Assembly (NCBI RefSeq): GCF_001194135.2
Contig: NC_068983.1
Coordinates: 147,804,635-147,868,634, forward strand
DNA length: 64,000 bases
From: Octopus bimaculoides
Lineage: Eukaryota
Direction of reading: 5' to 3'
The first letter of the stretch is position 1; the number at the start of each line of letters is the position of its first letter. Both the position numbers and the translations under genes were made by a program. The notes beneath the pieces were generated by a model. It ran no database searches, was not told the origin of the DNA, and worked only from the letters and a program-made list of their open reading frames with translations. Positions 38,490 through 50,779 of the stretch are shown here, piece by piece.

Positions 38490-39845
38490 CTATTCTAATA
38501 ACAATTATGATGGGAGATTTTAATCTATCCTGAGTTGATTATCTACAAACAGTTTGAAATCAGGTACTCCTACTTCAACTGCTGACAAAGAAGCAGTAGA
38601 GTCACTTTTCGACTTCATGAACGAGTTTTTCTTGTCCCAACTTGTTCTTGTACCAACAAGATATCAGAACATTTTAAATTTTGTGTTTAGTAACCACGCT
38701 AGCGCAATACACAATATTTCAGTGGGAAAACCCTTATTTCAGATCATGACACAGTTCTCTGTAACCTTAGATTCCACCAGCTAAACCTAGTGTCCTCTCT
38801 CCGGCCCACCGATTTGATAACATGGATCTCTATGCGTCGCAATCATAAAAGATCTATCATATGTTGACTGATCTTTTACACATGCACACACCTCCTCCAG
38901 CATCAAAATATCTTGGTAGATCTTTGTAGACATTGTCACAAACATATGTGCTAAACACACCCCGCCACAACCTGTGAAGAAAACTAAGCGCAGATTTCCT
39001 CAAAACAGAAAAACGGTTATCAGAAAAATAAAAAGAACAAGCAAAAAAATTAACAAACTAGAATACTGCCAATAGCCACACATAAATTCGACGGTTATCA
39101 CCCTGCTCGAATTGAAAAAATATAATCCCCAACAATGCATGAAGATCATCATCAATAACCAAAGAACAGCTGAGGAGAAAGGGGCCGTTGAGAAAATCAA
39201 ACTCAACCCCAAAGTGCTCTTCTCTTTTGCGGAAAAACACACGGTCACTATCTCCCACTGCTGGCCCCTTAATTAATGAAAACAGCAATCTCCAAGATAA
39301 TGCCAAAACCATGGGTGAGATACTGCAGAAAGAGTACTGCTCTTTTTAGCAATCTTGATATGGCCGATCTGGACTGTATCAGTGATGTTAATCTTCAACA
39401 CGCTATATCGGATGTAAGGTTTGGCGCCCCTGATGTCTTAGCGACGATAAACGAAATTAAACACAATTCAACAGTAGGCCCTGATAGGTTCCCTGCTTGT
39501 GTCCTGAAGGTGTGTCGACATCAACTTGCATCTCCTCTTGCTAATATGTGGCGAAACTCATTGGATGCTGGTTATTTTCCTGAAAAACCTTCTGTCCTAG
39601 CCTGTTGTTCCAGTTTTCAAAAAGGGAAACAAGTGCCTTGCAGTGAACTATCTACCGTTCTCGCTCACCTCTCATATCATCAAGGTATCTGAGAGGGTGG
39701 TGAGATCACGGATAACACACTTTCTTGAAAGCAACAGACTGCTGAACCGCAATCAACACGGGTGCCGCATTCTACATTGATTTCTGCAAGGCCTTTGACA
39801 GGATTGATCATAGGATTCTCTTGATAAAACTATCCAGAGATTTAA
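38490..39845 (+). mobile_element. CR1-clade LINE fragment (end of APE endonuclease to start of RT), decayed
   Basis: MGDFNL, PTRYQNILNFVFSN, GPDRFPACVLK, LTSHIIKVSERVV, NQHG and IDFCKAFDRIDH. Confidence 0.85.
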
Positions 39846-40473
39846 CATTGCTTGTTTTCACTTTTTCAATATCAGTGAAGAACTTCACTGGAAAAATACT
39901 TATATTTTGCCAAGAGATTGTCTTTCTCATCGAAGGTCGGCGATTATCGTACGCTGAAACTCGGGTCCGTACGTATCGCAGATCAAGATGGGAGGGATAA
40001 CTTCCCTTGGCAAAAATAGACAGGACACAGAAGTGTGTCGATAAGCCAGCTGGAGGAGATGTTCTCCTGGGGCTAAAAGCAACAGTAACATCCACCCTTA
40101 GGGGTCAGCCACATTTAAATGGCAAATATACTTCACTTTATCGTGCAGTTACTGTTAATACCTCGTTCAGAGATTTAACATCTANNNNNNNNNNNNNNNN
40201 NNNNNNNNNNNNNNNNNNNNNNNNNNNNNNNNNNNNNNNNNNNNNNNNNNNNNNNNNNNNNNNNNNNNNNNNNNNNNNNNNNNNNNNNNNNNNNNNNNNN
40301 NNNNNNNNNNNNNNNNNNNNNNNNNNNNNNNNNNNNNNNNNNNNNNNNNNNNNNNNNNNNNNNNNNNNNNNNNNNNNNNNNNNNNNNNNNNNNNNNNNNN
40401 NNNNNNNNNNNNNNNNNNNNNNNNNNNNNNNNNNNNNNNNNNNNNNNNNNNNNNNNNNNNNNNNNNNNNNNNN

Positions 40474-40504
<31 letters not shown>

Positions 40505-41221
40505 CTTACATTATTGAAAGAATACAACATAGAAAAACACAGAGCGCAATCTGGAGGCACACTTGCGATCATTTATGGAGATCGATCGCATTAGATATAT
40601 ATATATATGTTATTCTCAAAAGAAGATACACTGCTCTGGGATAAGTATAGAATACCTTTGTTGTTGAGTTCATGTATACGTGTCAACGCAAGGAATATTG
40701 ATGGAGCATTCCAAGCAAAGCTCTGATAAATGCAAGCATAGTAGATTTCATATAGCTGTTTCTTACACAAAAAAAATTATGTATAGTGACAGAGATCAAC
40801 TGTCCTGAAGATGTAAGCATTTATTTCAAAAGCATTCAGAAGTAGAATATTTATCGAAAACTGCTTCCAAACCTAGTTTCATTACCCAGAATATATATTT
40901 ATATTTAAGTTTATAATTATTAGCTCTACTTGGTTAGGTTTAGGTTGTAATCACAAAGATTAAGCTGAAATTTTCAATAAGAGAAAGGTACCAGTTAGCA
41001 TGTCTTGCAAATACAATCCGTAAGTGGAACATCAAATTGCTGCAAGACTTCTAATATTCAACATATAGCTTTGTTGTTACTTAAATACAAGAGATGGGGC
41101 AGTGTTTCTTTGTTAGAAACCCCTTTATAACTTCAGTTCTATATTTAAGAGATGAGGAATTATTTACATTATTTACATTATCTACATTTGACGGATATTC
41201 GTCCTCATCTTGTTTGTTGTT

Positions 41222-41267
41222 AACACAACGTTTCGGCTGATATACCCTCCAGCCTTCGTCAGGTGTC
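41222..41267 (-). ncRNA. Minimal type I hammerhead ribozyme motif, intact core
   Basis: GACAC-CUGACGA-A-GGCUG(gagggtatat)CAGCC-GAAA-CG-UU-GUGUU. Stem I 5 bp, stem II 5 bp, palindromic AACGUU stem III. Confidence 0.85.
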
Positions 41268-41555
41268 TTGGGGAAATTTCGAACCTGGGTTCTCATTCCT
41301 TTATAACTTATTGAAGTAATTCAACTAATTATCTTGCACACTTGCGCAAACATACATGTGCACGCACATACACACGCACACACAAGCACACACATAAAAA
41401 CACACACGTTATATATATGTTAAATATATCGACCAATTATAGAATTTCTTGAATGCGGAAACCTAATAAACTGTAATTGGTTAACGTACTTAAAAGCCTT
41501 CAATTACCCGCAGGAGTATTAGAGTATCATATAAGGAGTTATTATCCTGAAATGG

Positions 41556-41772
41556 AGGCGATGAGCTCGTAGAATCGTTGACGAGTCGGACAAAACGCTT
41601 AGCGGCGTTTTTTCCATTTCCTTTGCTTCTGTGTCCAAATACCGTTGATATCGACTTTGCCTTTGACCCTTTCAGGGTTGATAAATAAGTACCAGTTAAA
41701 CATGATGGGGTGGAGTCGATGTAATCTCCTTTTTTTGAAATTTCTGGCCTTTTGTCAATATTTGAAACCATT
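41556..41772 (+). mobile_element. SINE family C, diverged, about 70 bp from the P450 donor site
   Basis: gagctcgtagaatcgtt...cgactttgcctttgaccctttcagggttgataaataagtaccag. Confidence 0.65.
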
Positions 41773-41843
41773 TTTTCCGAAATAAAATTATAACATAAAA
41801 AGTTATTTCGCCAATATAAAATCAAAGATTTGTTATTACTCAC

Positions 41844-42284
41844 CAATAAAAAATGGAATGAAGCCTTCTGGTTTTATGACTTTGTTACTGTTCTCCAAAA
41901 ATCTGGTGGGTCTAAAATTGTTAGGGTCGCCCCAGAAAGCTACATCGTTCATGATGGAACCGAGGTTCGGTATTATGATACAGTCTTCGGGAATATTATA
42001 ACCGCGAAACGTAATAGGGTGTTCTGGCTTTCGGCCGAGCAATAACTGAACCACGTTGGCGTGGCGTTGCACTTCCATGATACACGCTTCAAGAAATGGT
42101 AAGTGTGGACGGTCGTCTAAAGATGGCAATCGATTCTGGCCGATGTGTAAGTCAATTTCTTTCTGTATGGTGTCTTGGAAATGAGGATAGTTCAACAGGT
42201 AGACTAAACACCATAATAAAGAGCTTGTCGTTGTTTCCATCCCAGCTACAAGCATGTCACCGATGACGGTACGCAACTGTTCCA
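41844..42284 (-). CDS. Cytochrome P450 (clan 2), internal coding exon with I-helix, ExxR and PERF
   Basis: Acceptor ccttcag|TG completes Val with the G of the previous exon. Contains AGMETT (I-helix), EVQR (ExxR), PTRF (PERF) and ends PFFI G|gtgagt. 441 nt, phase 1 to phase 1. Confidence 0.96.
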
Positions 42285-42487
42285 CTGAAGGATATAGATA
42301 AACAAATACATAAATAATAAATGAATATTTAGATAAACAAATGAATAACGAATGTACCAACATAAAAATTTCATCTCTTCTTGTATCAACTAATGAGGTC
42401 GCAAATGTGTGACGAGTAAATTTCCGGACAATGGGCAGGCATTAAGATAATACAATAATAGTAATAAAAGAATGAAGAAAACACACA

Positions 42488-42547
<60 letters not shown>

Positions 42548-42607
42548 ATCATCCAACATTCTGACTACCTTATTATTCTAAATATACAATATCTGTACAT
42601 CACTTCA

Positions 42608-42642
<35 letters not shown>

Positions 42643-43039
42643 NNNNNNNNNNNNNNNNNNNNNNNNNNNNNNNNNNNNNNNNNNNNNNNNNNNNNNNNNN
42701 NNNNNNNNNNNNNNNNNNNNNNNNNNNNNNNNNNNNNNNNNNNNNNNNNNNNNNNNNNNNNNNNNNNNNNNNNNNNNTACTTATATATAGCCTGCTAGCC
42801 TTGGCTATGTCAAGATGGTTTTTTTATGTATTCTTTCTCACTTAGATTTTAAATGTTGTCACAAAAGTAATATGTCCATTCTGCTGAAATGAAATTTTCA
42901 GTAAATTTTTCTATATCCCTGTGCAGCTGAAGATTGCTCTGCATTTTGCATTTGATGTAATGCTCGCATTACATTAAATGGAGTAGCACGAAACGTGTGT
43001 ACTGCAATAACCTTTAAAATCCGTGTTGCTTTTTGGGAT

Positions 43040-43485
43040 TTTATATATATATATATATATATTATATATGTATACACTCGCATGGACGCATGCACATATA
43101 CCTCCACACGCATAACCTCACGCACATAGACACACACGCACATAGACACACACACGCATACATATACACACACACACGCACATACACGCTCACATATACC
43201 ACAAACACACCACACATGCATACACGCACACACACAACACACATACATGCACTCGCATAACACACACACATGCGCACGCGCACACACGCACGTACACACT
43301 CATACACACGCACATACACACATGCACACACACACACACACACACACAGGCGCACATACACACACGCATATAAACACACATACACGCACGTACACACATT
43401 ACACACAAAACACACACAAAGTACACATACACGCACACACATACATGCACACACACACATACATGCACACACACATACACACACT
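43040..43485. repeat. Long degenerate (CA)n/(TA)n tract
   Basis: Direct reading. Many other (CA)n, (CT)n, (TA)n, (ATCT)n and (ATAC)n tracts occur, e.g. 14070-14290, 32252-32360, 36590-36702, 36978-37065 and 49413-49472. Confidence 0.9.
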
Positions 43486-43834
43486 TGAAACTGCCAGTCA
43501 AACACCTTTCTACTGACCATTCCTCTACGCACATGCGAAGAAACACAAAACTATACAAAAGACCACCACTTCTGTTACCATGCTGCTGAATTCTTCCTAC
43601 AGCATCAACAGACACAAAGTTCACTCACACATACACATAGAAAGAATCAACACCACGCACGCTCATACCTACACATACACACAGATACCTCTTTTTCTTA
43701 TACTCTCCTGTCTTAGAAAGAACTTTTTCTTCTCCCATTCCTTCCTGGTCATTTCAAAATGTAACAACGTAGATCATTGGCGATTTTTTTTTTACCTCCG
43801 TGTTCCTTTCCGCTTGAACATTCCTCTGTTACAT

Positions 43835-43869
43835 GTTTCTGAAGAAGAGCTTTGCTCGAAAAGTAAAAC
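43835..43869 (+). ncRNA. Minimal type I hammerhead ribozyme motif, intact core
   Basis: GUUU-CUGAAGA-A-GAGC(uuu)GCUC-GAAA-AG-UA-AAAC. Stems I and II pair perfectly. Confidence 0.8.
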
Positions 43870-43972
43870 TACCTTCCTTTCCTTCCCTGAGCGTCTGTTA
43901 ATACTTTACATATACTACGTACTCACGTTGTTGTTTTTTTCTTGTGTTTTTTCTTCGTTTTGGGGTGATAAG

Positions 43973-44003
<31 letters not shown>

Positions 44004-44011
44004 CCTCTCTT

Positions 44012-44085
<74 letters not shown>

Positions 44086-44088
<3 letters not shown>

Positions 44089-44285
44089 ACCGTTGACTGA
44101 ACACTATTCAATTTTTTTTCTCCGTGTTTTTCNNNNNNNNNNCCTTGTCTCCGTATTCTTTCTGTTGAAGAGCGTAGCTCGAAACGTTAAAGACTTTCCG
44201 TATTCCCGAGCGTCATACTAATACATCCTTTTGTTGTTTACACCACCTGTCCTCGTCTGTTGTTGTTTTTTTCGTACATTCTCCC
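44086..44285 (+). mobile_element. Short non-coding HHR-bearing element inserted within (TA)n
   Basis: (TA)n on both flanks. About 4 substitutions relative to the 20451-20640 copy; contains a 10-N placeholder. Confidence 0.8.
44157..44193 (+). ncRNA. Minimal hammerhead motif with variant CUGUUGA core
   Basis: UCUUU-CUGUUGA-A-GAGC(gua)GCUC-GAAA-CG-UU-AAAGA. Confidence 0.7.
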
Positions 44286-44504
44286 ATATATATATATATA
44301 TATCATTAGTTGAAGCTAAATGCAAATATCAAACACATTGGCCCAGTTAATCTAGAAGGAGCTGCATTCGATATGGACCTGGTCTCTTTCTCATATGCTT
44401 ATTGAAATTAATAAGTTTGGTAGAAGGCCACAAATGTATAGCAGGAAGCATGCAAATGAACGTATCACTATATGTACGTTACAGTTGCTAATTAACATAA
44501 CACC

Positions 44505-44985
44505 GAAGGCGGTGACCTGGCCGGGCAAAATGAGCTTTGAATTCCAAGTCTGCCGTGGTTGACTTTGCCTTTCATCCTTTCGGGTTGAGTTGTTGAGATG
44601 AAATAAGTACCAAACGCAATCGACTGGCTCTTTCCCCAAAAATTCTCAGGTTCTATGCCTATAATAGAAAGTACTAATTAACTCAACACTGAAGAAATAA
44701 CTAGTAAAATGCAATAAAATTTACATTCGATCACAGAATGTAAATGGACTTAACTCAACCCTGTAAGGTTTTTGCGTTAGCATTTCACATTTGAACACAA
44801 AAGCATTATCTTTCATTAGACTATAATAATAGATTCACATTTCGGCACAAGACCAGCAATTTAGTGGGAGTATAATTTAAGTACCAGTGCTCAACTGGTA
44901 CTTATTTTATCGACTCCGAAAGGATGAAAGGTAAAGTCGGCCTCAATGGAATTTAAAAACCGAACGTAAAGACGGACGAAATATG
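44505..44985. mobile_element. Two family C SINE copies in opposite orientation (44505-44670 +, 44843-44985 -)
   Basis: The central domain is seen on + (gactttgcctttcatcctttcggg) and on - (ggtacttattttatcgactccgaaaggatgaaagg). Confidence 0.65.
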
Positions 44986-46589
44986 GCCTCAATTCAGCTA
45001 GACAGAAATATGAGTTGGTTGCGACCCATTTCCTAACAAATCTTAAGTTTGCAAATGAATCGACTACTACTGAAATTCTATTTGATGGGAACTTCTTAAT
45101 GCACGACGTTTGTGGCTTAGGGTAGAATAAAAACTATATCGTGGGTGTTCAGCTAGGTTAAGACCAATCTTTAGAAAAGTGCAATTAATCGTCGTGATCA
45201 TACCCATGGATTAAAACATATCATCTGTGCTTATTTTATTGACTGTAAGTTGATTATATGCAAAGTGAAAAACAGATTTGAACTCAGAATCTTAGGAATG
45301 ACCGTTCATAAAACATTATAGGCGATTCATTGCCTCCCCTCATCCTTATTATCTCAGCTGCTATCCAAGCCATGAGTAAATAAACAGAAGCAACTTCTTT
45401 TTTCGATTCTTTTTAAGACTACGGTAAACTATGATGCTAAACTATAATACTAAACATCATACAAGCCAAACCATCAAAGCAAACGAAAACCGCCTTATAT
45501 AAACTTGAGGCATTACAAAGAAGTATTTATAAATACAAAAAATCTGACAGTTCTGATCGCATGAGACAGTACAGCTCTGCAGCCGTGAAAGAATATTAGT
45601 GAAAAGCATCCATTCAAATTCAAAACGAGAATCTCGTGATAATATTATTTACACGACTCAACATATTATTCCAATCACGTTTAGTGCGATGAATAAATTT
45701 TCAGTCAAACAATCTCGTTATCGCCTTGTTTAGCGCCATCTATAATCGATGATAAAATAATATTTAGGTTACGCAGCATCGTGCTGACTTTTCCTTACAT
45801 CATGATTATATCTTTGTTTTTCAGTTGTTTCTTTATATCTATATATCTCTTTCTTTCTATATCTTTCTATTCTTCTTTCTATATCATTATATTTTTCTTT
45901 CTTTTTTTCGTGCATGACTTAATTTGTATGATCAGAAATCTTTCTACAAGTTAGAATTGATAAATTTGGTTGTCTTTTTGTGGAAAGTGGACACCAGCAT
46001 GTCTACGACTGTAATTGACTCTCCAAATATAGATGCTGAAGAAGATATTGGTTTATTGATCTACTGTTCCATCGATTGATTCTGAAATATAACTTCGACG
46101 TGAGGAATCTTCGTGTTACATCATTTTATGCGTGTATTTGGTAATATGTACCAGTGGTATCAGTGGTTCCAGCATCCACAGTAGAAGACTTTATTCTTTT
46201 GACTAAGCGCAAAACATTTTTCTTTCAAAGATTCTGCATAATTAATTGAATAAATTCTAGCATACTACTAATACGTCATTTCATCAGCACTGAAAACATT
46301 CAAAGAACTGATGATTTTGAGAAAGGATTGGGCGGGATTTATCAGGTGTTTTACTATTTCTGCCAACAAACCACTTTTTGCAATGCAAAATTATTGAAAC
46401 CAAGCGACCCATTACTAAATACTACATATACACACTGTCTAGTATTACTCTGCTGTACTGCACTAAATTATTTAACTACATTACACAGTATAAAGGACTA
46501 ACTGTATTAATGTAATGTAGGAGTTTTGGTCCCAAAGGTCGATACCTTGTATGCCCGTCCGATCGCAGGACTGTAAATGTAACGAAGAC

Positions 46590-47880
46590 ATTTATCTGTG
46601 GATGAATATCATGCATAAGTAAACAGAAGGTAGCAATGTATCAAAATTTTCAGCTCAGCAACATTCCGAAGGAATACGAGCCGATAGCAGGAGCAAAAGT
46701 GCATCAGACAACTCGGTAATCAAAGTGAACGGCCACCTCTCCGAACTTTCGTATATCATGCGCTTAGTTCATCATGGGTGTCCGTTCTCATCCCTTCTAT
46801 ATACTGGCTCTCGAGTCATTATTGAAGAAGCTAGAACTTTGGAGGCACATCCCTTTCGAGCTGAGATGTGGGAGAGCTATCTCGGTATAAGCGGATGACA
46901 TCACCGTAATGTTGTCGGATACCACGGAAATGCAAGCAGTTGATTTCTTTCTAAAGAATACAAGGCGATGGTAGGAGCAAAGATAAATTGAGTCATATTA
47001 ATGGCTTGTCGCTTGACACTTAGGACACTGGACAGAGAGACCGGTTAAATTTTGGTGGGTCTGATTTGATCCAGCCTTCCAGACAGACAGTAACTAGGAC
47101 GAGGCAACGAGAAATATAGCTAGTTATCCCTGACAGGTCGAACAAAGGTCGTAAATGCCTACATATCTTCGAAATAACTTAACACCTGATCATTGTGCCT
47201 CACCTCAGTCCCTGCTTGGTTAGACTGGAGCGTATTTTTCTGCTTCCTTTGGAAGGGATGCGTTTCACTAGTCTGGTGGTCCATCTATTGCTAACACCAT
47301 ATAAAAGGCGGGCTCGGCATGCCGTGGCTGCTGATGTACAGACACGCTGAGGCTGCGTCAGCCGTAGATCTTCCTGGCGATAAGCAAGTGTGGTTTCAAG
47401 TTGTATGATAAGTTTTTCTGTCGCTCATCTCTTTGATGGAGCTGCAGTCCTGAATGAAGAGAAGACTTATATTATGAGTCTGGCACCTGAGATATGGTCA
47501 GGTGCTCACCACATTCTACTAGTCAAGTAATGCTTTCAGTGGAAATTCTACGTTGTGAATTTGTCAAAAGGTGACAAAATTGGTTAGATGAAAGTATGTG
47601 CCTGTAGATTGGTGGACAAAAGTCGGGTAAAGGTGTGTGCCCTTAGTGGTCAGGGTGATCCTGGATCTGTGTGGTTCCTTGATGGGCCCTAGCTTGAGGT
47701 TCCCATGTATCAGAAGTACTGCATCATTCATGTACTCACTACACTATGTACTTTCTACACTATGTATACTTTTTAAACTCATTTCCCCTCCTCTTCCTTT
47801 CTTTCTCTCATTTTATGAAACTGCCCTTTACATAAAAATTGTCATCGTAATGTCTCTCTCATTTGATGCCCCAGTAACGA
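46590..47880 (+). mobile_element. Decayed Tx1/L1-clade LINE 3' fragment
   Basis: VIKVNGHLSE...VHHGCP...AISV*ADDITVML, followed by GGLGMPWL-like sequence and a pyrimidine-rich 3'UTR like the other two copies. Confidence 0.75.
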
Positions 47881-47939
47881 ATACATTAACTTTTAATCGT
47901 TATTATCATTAATATCTTCATCGTTATTATCAGTAATAA

Positions 47940-48160
47940 AAGCAGCGAACTGGCAGAATGGCTACTGTGCTGGACAAAATGCTTAGCGGAACTTCTTTCG
48001 TCTTTACGTTCCGGGTTTAAATGCCGCCGAGACCAGTTATACATTTCATCCTTTCAGGGTTAACAAAATAGATACCACTTGAGCACTGGGGTCTATGTAA
48101 TCAACATCCACCTTCCCACCAGTTTCAGGTGGTGTGACTATAGTAGAAAGGATTATTATT
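47940..48160 (+). mobile_element. SINE family C
   Basis: cagcgaactggcagaatgg...tttcatcctttcaggg...tatagtagaaaggattattatt. Confidence 0.75.
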
Positions 48161-48619
48161 ATATCATTGGTTCGTTCACTCCTCTTCTGTTTCTGACAAT
48201 TGACAACCCTAATAACAATGATTTACATATTTAATGATTATTTTGCTTGTTTTATCAATAAAAATAATTATGACACATATTTATGTTATTTATGTTATTA
48301 TGACATATATTTATGTTAAGATAGATGTAGTTTAGCACTTAATTTATATTATTTAGTCCATACTCCGCTTAGTCTTGTCCTCGATTCAGTCTGAACTAAG
48401 ATGCCGATTGCACGAATTTGCTCTTCATCGTTTTTGCATCAATAAAATTGGAGAAAAATAAACATCTGCAATTTACTGCGCTCTATTCTTTCATTTACAC
48501 ATCTCTTTCATCCATGTAAGAGCCTTGAAACTGTTCACAAGAAACCAATAACAATAAATTATTCGTTTCTTATACAGGCGCAGGATTAAACATTTTATGG
48601 AAAGCTGTAGCTGATTATA

Positions 48620-48785
48620 TTATACAGATTTCCAAGTTGACTGGTACCTATTTAATCGATATCGGAGGATGAAAGACAAAGTCGACGTTGCCAGGATAAG
48701 AACATAAAACATAAAGAGTGGAACTAAATACTGCAAGACAATTTTGACCAGCAGTCTAACGGTTCTCCCAAACCACTGCCTTGAA
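48620..48785 (-). mobile_element. SINE family C, diverged
   Basis: ggtacctatttaatcgat...gatgaaagacaaagtcgac...ctaacggttctcccaaaccactgcc. Confidence 0.6.
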
Positions 48786-49444
48786 ATGATAACTTCCAGC
48801 ATTAACGCACGGACAAACATTTCGAGGAAGGATGCAGTCAAGTCTCAATATAATTCTGGCATTGTTTCCATCCACCTTCCTGAACAATGAAACATATAGT
48901 TTACTTAAGCAAAATTTCAACCCACAACATAAAGGGATCTGACTAAATAGTGCTATACATTATATCATTTGCTCTAGTAGTTCTACTATTTCTCTGACCA
49001 TAAGAAAAAGAAAGAAAAAAACAGAAATACTAATAAAACTTCTGCTGCTTCTTGCTGTCATTGATCATTTCCGTCTACTTCTCAGCAGCACGATGGGGGA
49101 ATTCTGAGGACTTCACAGTGTTTTTCCATGCATACCTATCCAACACCATCGTGCAGTGAAATACCACATGCTTCATATCGATTATCGATGATTAAAACTA
49201 GTCACTCGAGTCATTAGGTGGTGCCTCAATCAGTGTCGATGCGCTATAAATCCATCGGGAAAAAGGACCAGAAACGGCACACATTCTCTCCTGATGACCT
49301 CTGAAATCTATTGGCACCCGCTATGCGGATCTTTCGATTCGCAGCACCTTCACAGTTATGTCTATCTTTCTGTCACTGTATTTGTGGGTGCGAGTGTGTG
49401 CGTATTTGTATATACATACATACATACATACATACATACATACA

Positions 49445-49478
<34 letters not shown>

Positions 49479-49571
49479 ACATTTATTAATAAGGGTAGAA
49501 ATTGATATTAATCAATTAAAACCAGTGGTCTAGCATATTAAAAAAATCCGAAGATTAAAATTATATTACAC

Positions 49572-49937
49572 ACAAAAATAAGAGAAATGACCAGCAAAAG
49601 TGGATTCCTATATGCTAGTAATAGATGTCGAATCATCTAACCACTAAAAATATGTTCTCAGTAAAAATTTAGTGACATAACAGACTGTAAAAGGGCAAGA
49701 CAAATGAAAAAATACTAAAAAAAAAAACGATTAACCTACGTATCATGGTTTCACCTGTTAAAATTTACATAAGTAAATATCTGCAGGATCATCAGCGTAG
49801 TCTGTCGATTTATAAAATATAATTTCAAGAACTAGACACAAGACGTCCACCCGAACACATTTTTCGTGGTTAGATGATTTGGCATCTATTTCTAGCATAT
49901 AGGAATCCACTTTTGCTGGTCATTCCTCTATTTTTGT
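49572..49937. repeat. Inverted repeat with ~72-bp arms (49572-49644 and 49866-49937), MITE-like or paired repeat fragments
   Basis: aatgaccagcaaaagtggattcctatatgctag has its exact reverse complement in the right arm. Confidence 0.85.
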
Positions 49938-50139
49938 ATGTAATACGTACATACATATATATATATGTATATATGTATATGTGTGTGTGTATATGTATAT
50001 ATGTGTGTGCTTGTGTATGTGTGTTTGTGAGTGTCTGTGTATACGCATACACACATGCATACAATATACTCTGTCACGCGCTCTACAGAATCTCCTATTC
50101 ATCCATCCATGAAAAAATACAAATAACTACAAAACTCAC

Positions 50140-50435
50140 CAGTAAAAGAAGTGTCCGGGTTGTTTTCGCTTTGTAACCCCATTTCTTTGATGTATGCGTC
50201 TGTGAAGTCTTTTATATTTGACTCATCGAAATCCTCTAGATGACGCTGGACAACACCCTCAATGAATTTTTCCATTTTCTTAATGTTCTTGAAAACTTTT
50301 TTAATCTTGAAAGGATCTCCAGGAAGGTGTTCGAGAATCGGGAAAAAGTTAACAACTGTACTCACTCCAACATCTTGCATGTTCTCATCAATTCCTTGCA
50401 CATACTGACGGAATTCGGGATCGTTATAGTCGAAT
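50140..50435 (-). CDS. Cytochrome P450 (clan 2, CYP2-like), internal coding exon (F/G/H helix region)
   Basis: Acceptor taacag|A TTC GAC gives (R)FDYNDPEFRQYVQGIDEN...LEHLPGDPF...DFTDAYIKEM...DTSFT, then donor G|gtgagt. 296 nt, phase 2 to phase 1. RFDYxD and DFxDAYI are typical of CYP2 proteins. Confidence 0.93.
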
Positions 50436-50731
50436 CTGTTACATGAATATAATTATAAACGAAAATATATACATAGGTATTCATCTCTATTACGGACTAT
50501 AATAGAAAGCATGAGAGGCATACGTTTTAAAGGCAGATTAAATTGTGCGCTTTAGTGATAGCCAATATCTTTGAAAACTGAAGCAAGCCACCATTAGTCA
50601 TTCTGTCATATCAAAATGTAAAGTGAAAGAGAGAAAGAAATAAAGATATAAAGAGAGATCTGAGTACCAACATATGTGCATTAACTCTTTATGATATATA
50701 TATATATAATGCTTAACCATTTTCTCACACC

Positions 50732-50779
50732 GTCTCCGATGAAGGGATATAATAAATATTCTGGAAACAGCTGTAAGAC
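50732..50779 (+). ncRNA. Minimal hammerhead motif (CCGAUGA core)
   Basis: GUCU-CCGAUGA-A-GGGAUAU(aauaa)AUAUUCU-G-GAAA-CAGCUG-UA-AGAC. Stem I perfect, palindromic stem III. Confidence 0.7.

Noticed and set aside
49286-49320. CUGAUGA-ccucu-GAAA
   Set aside because: Stems I-III do not pair.
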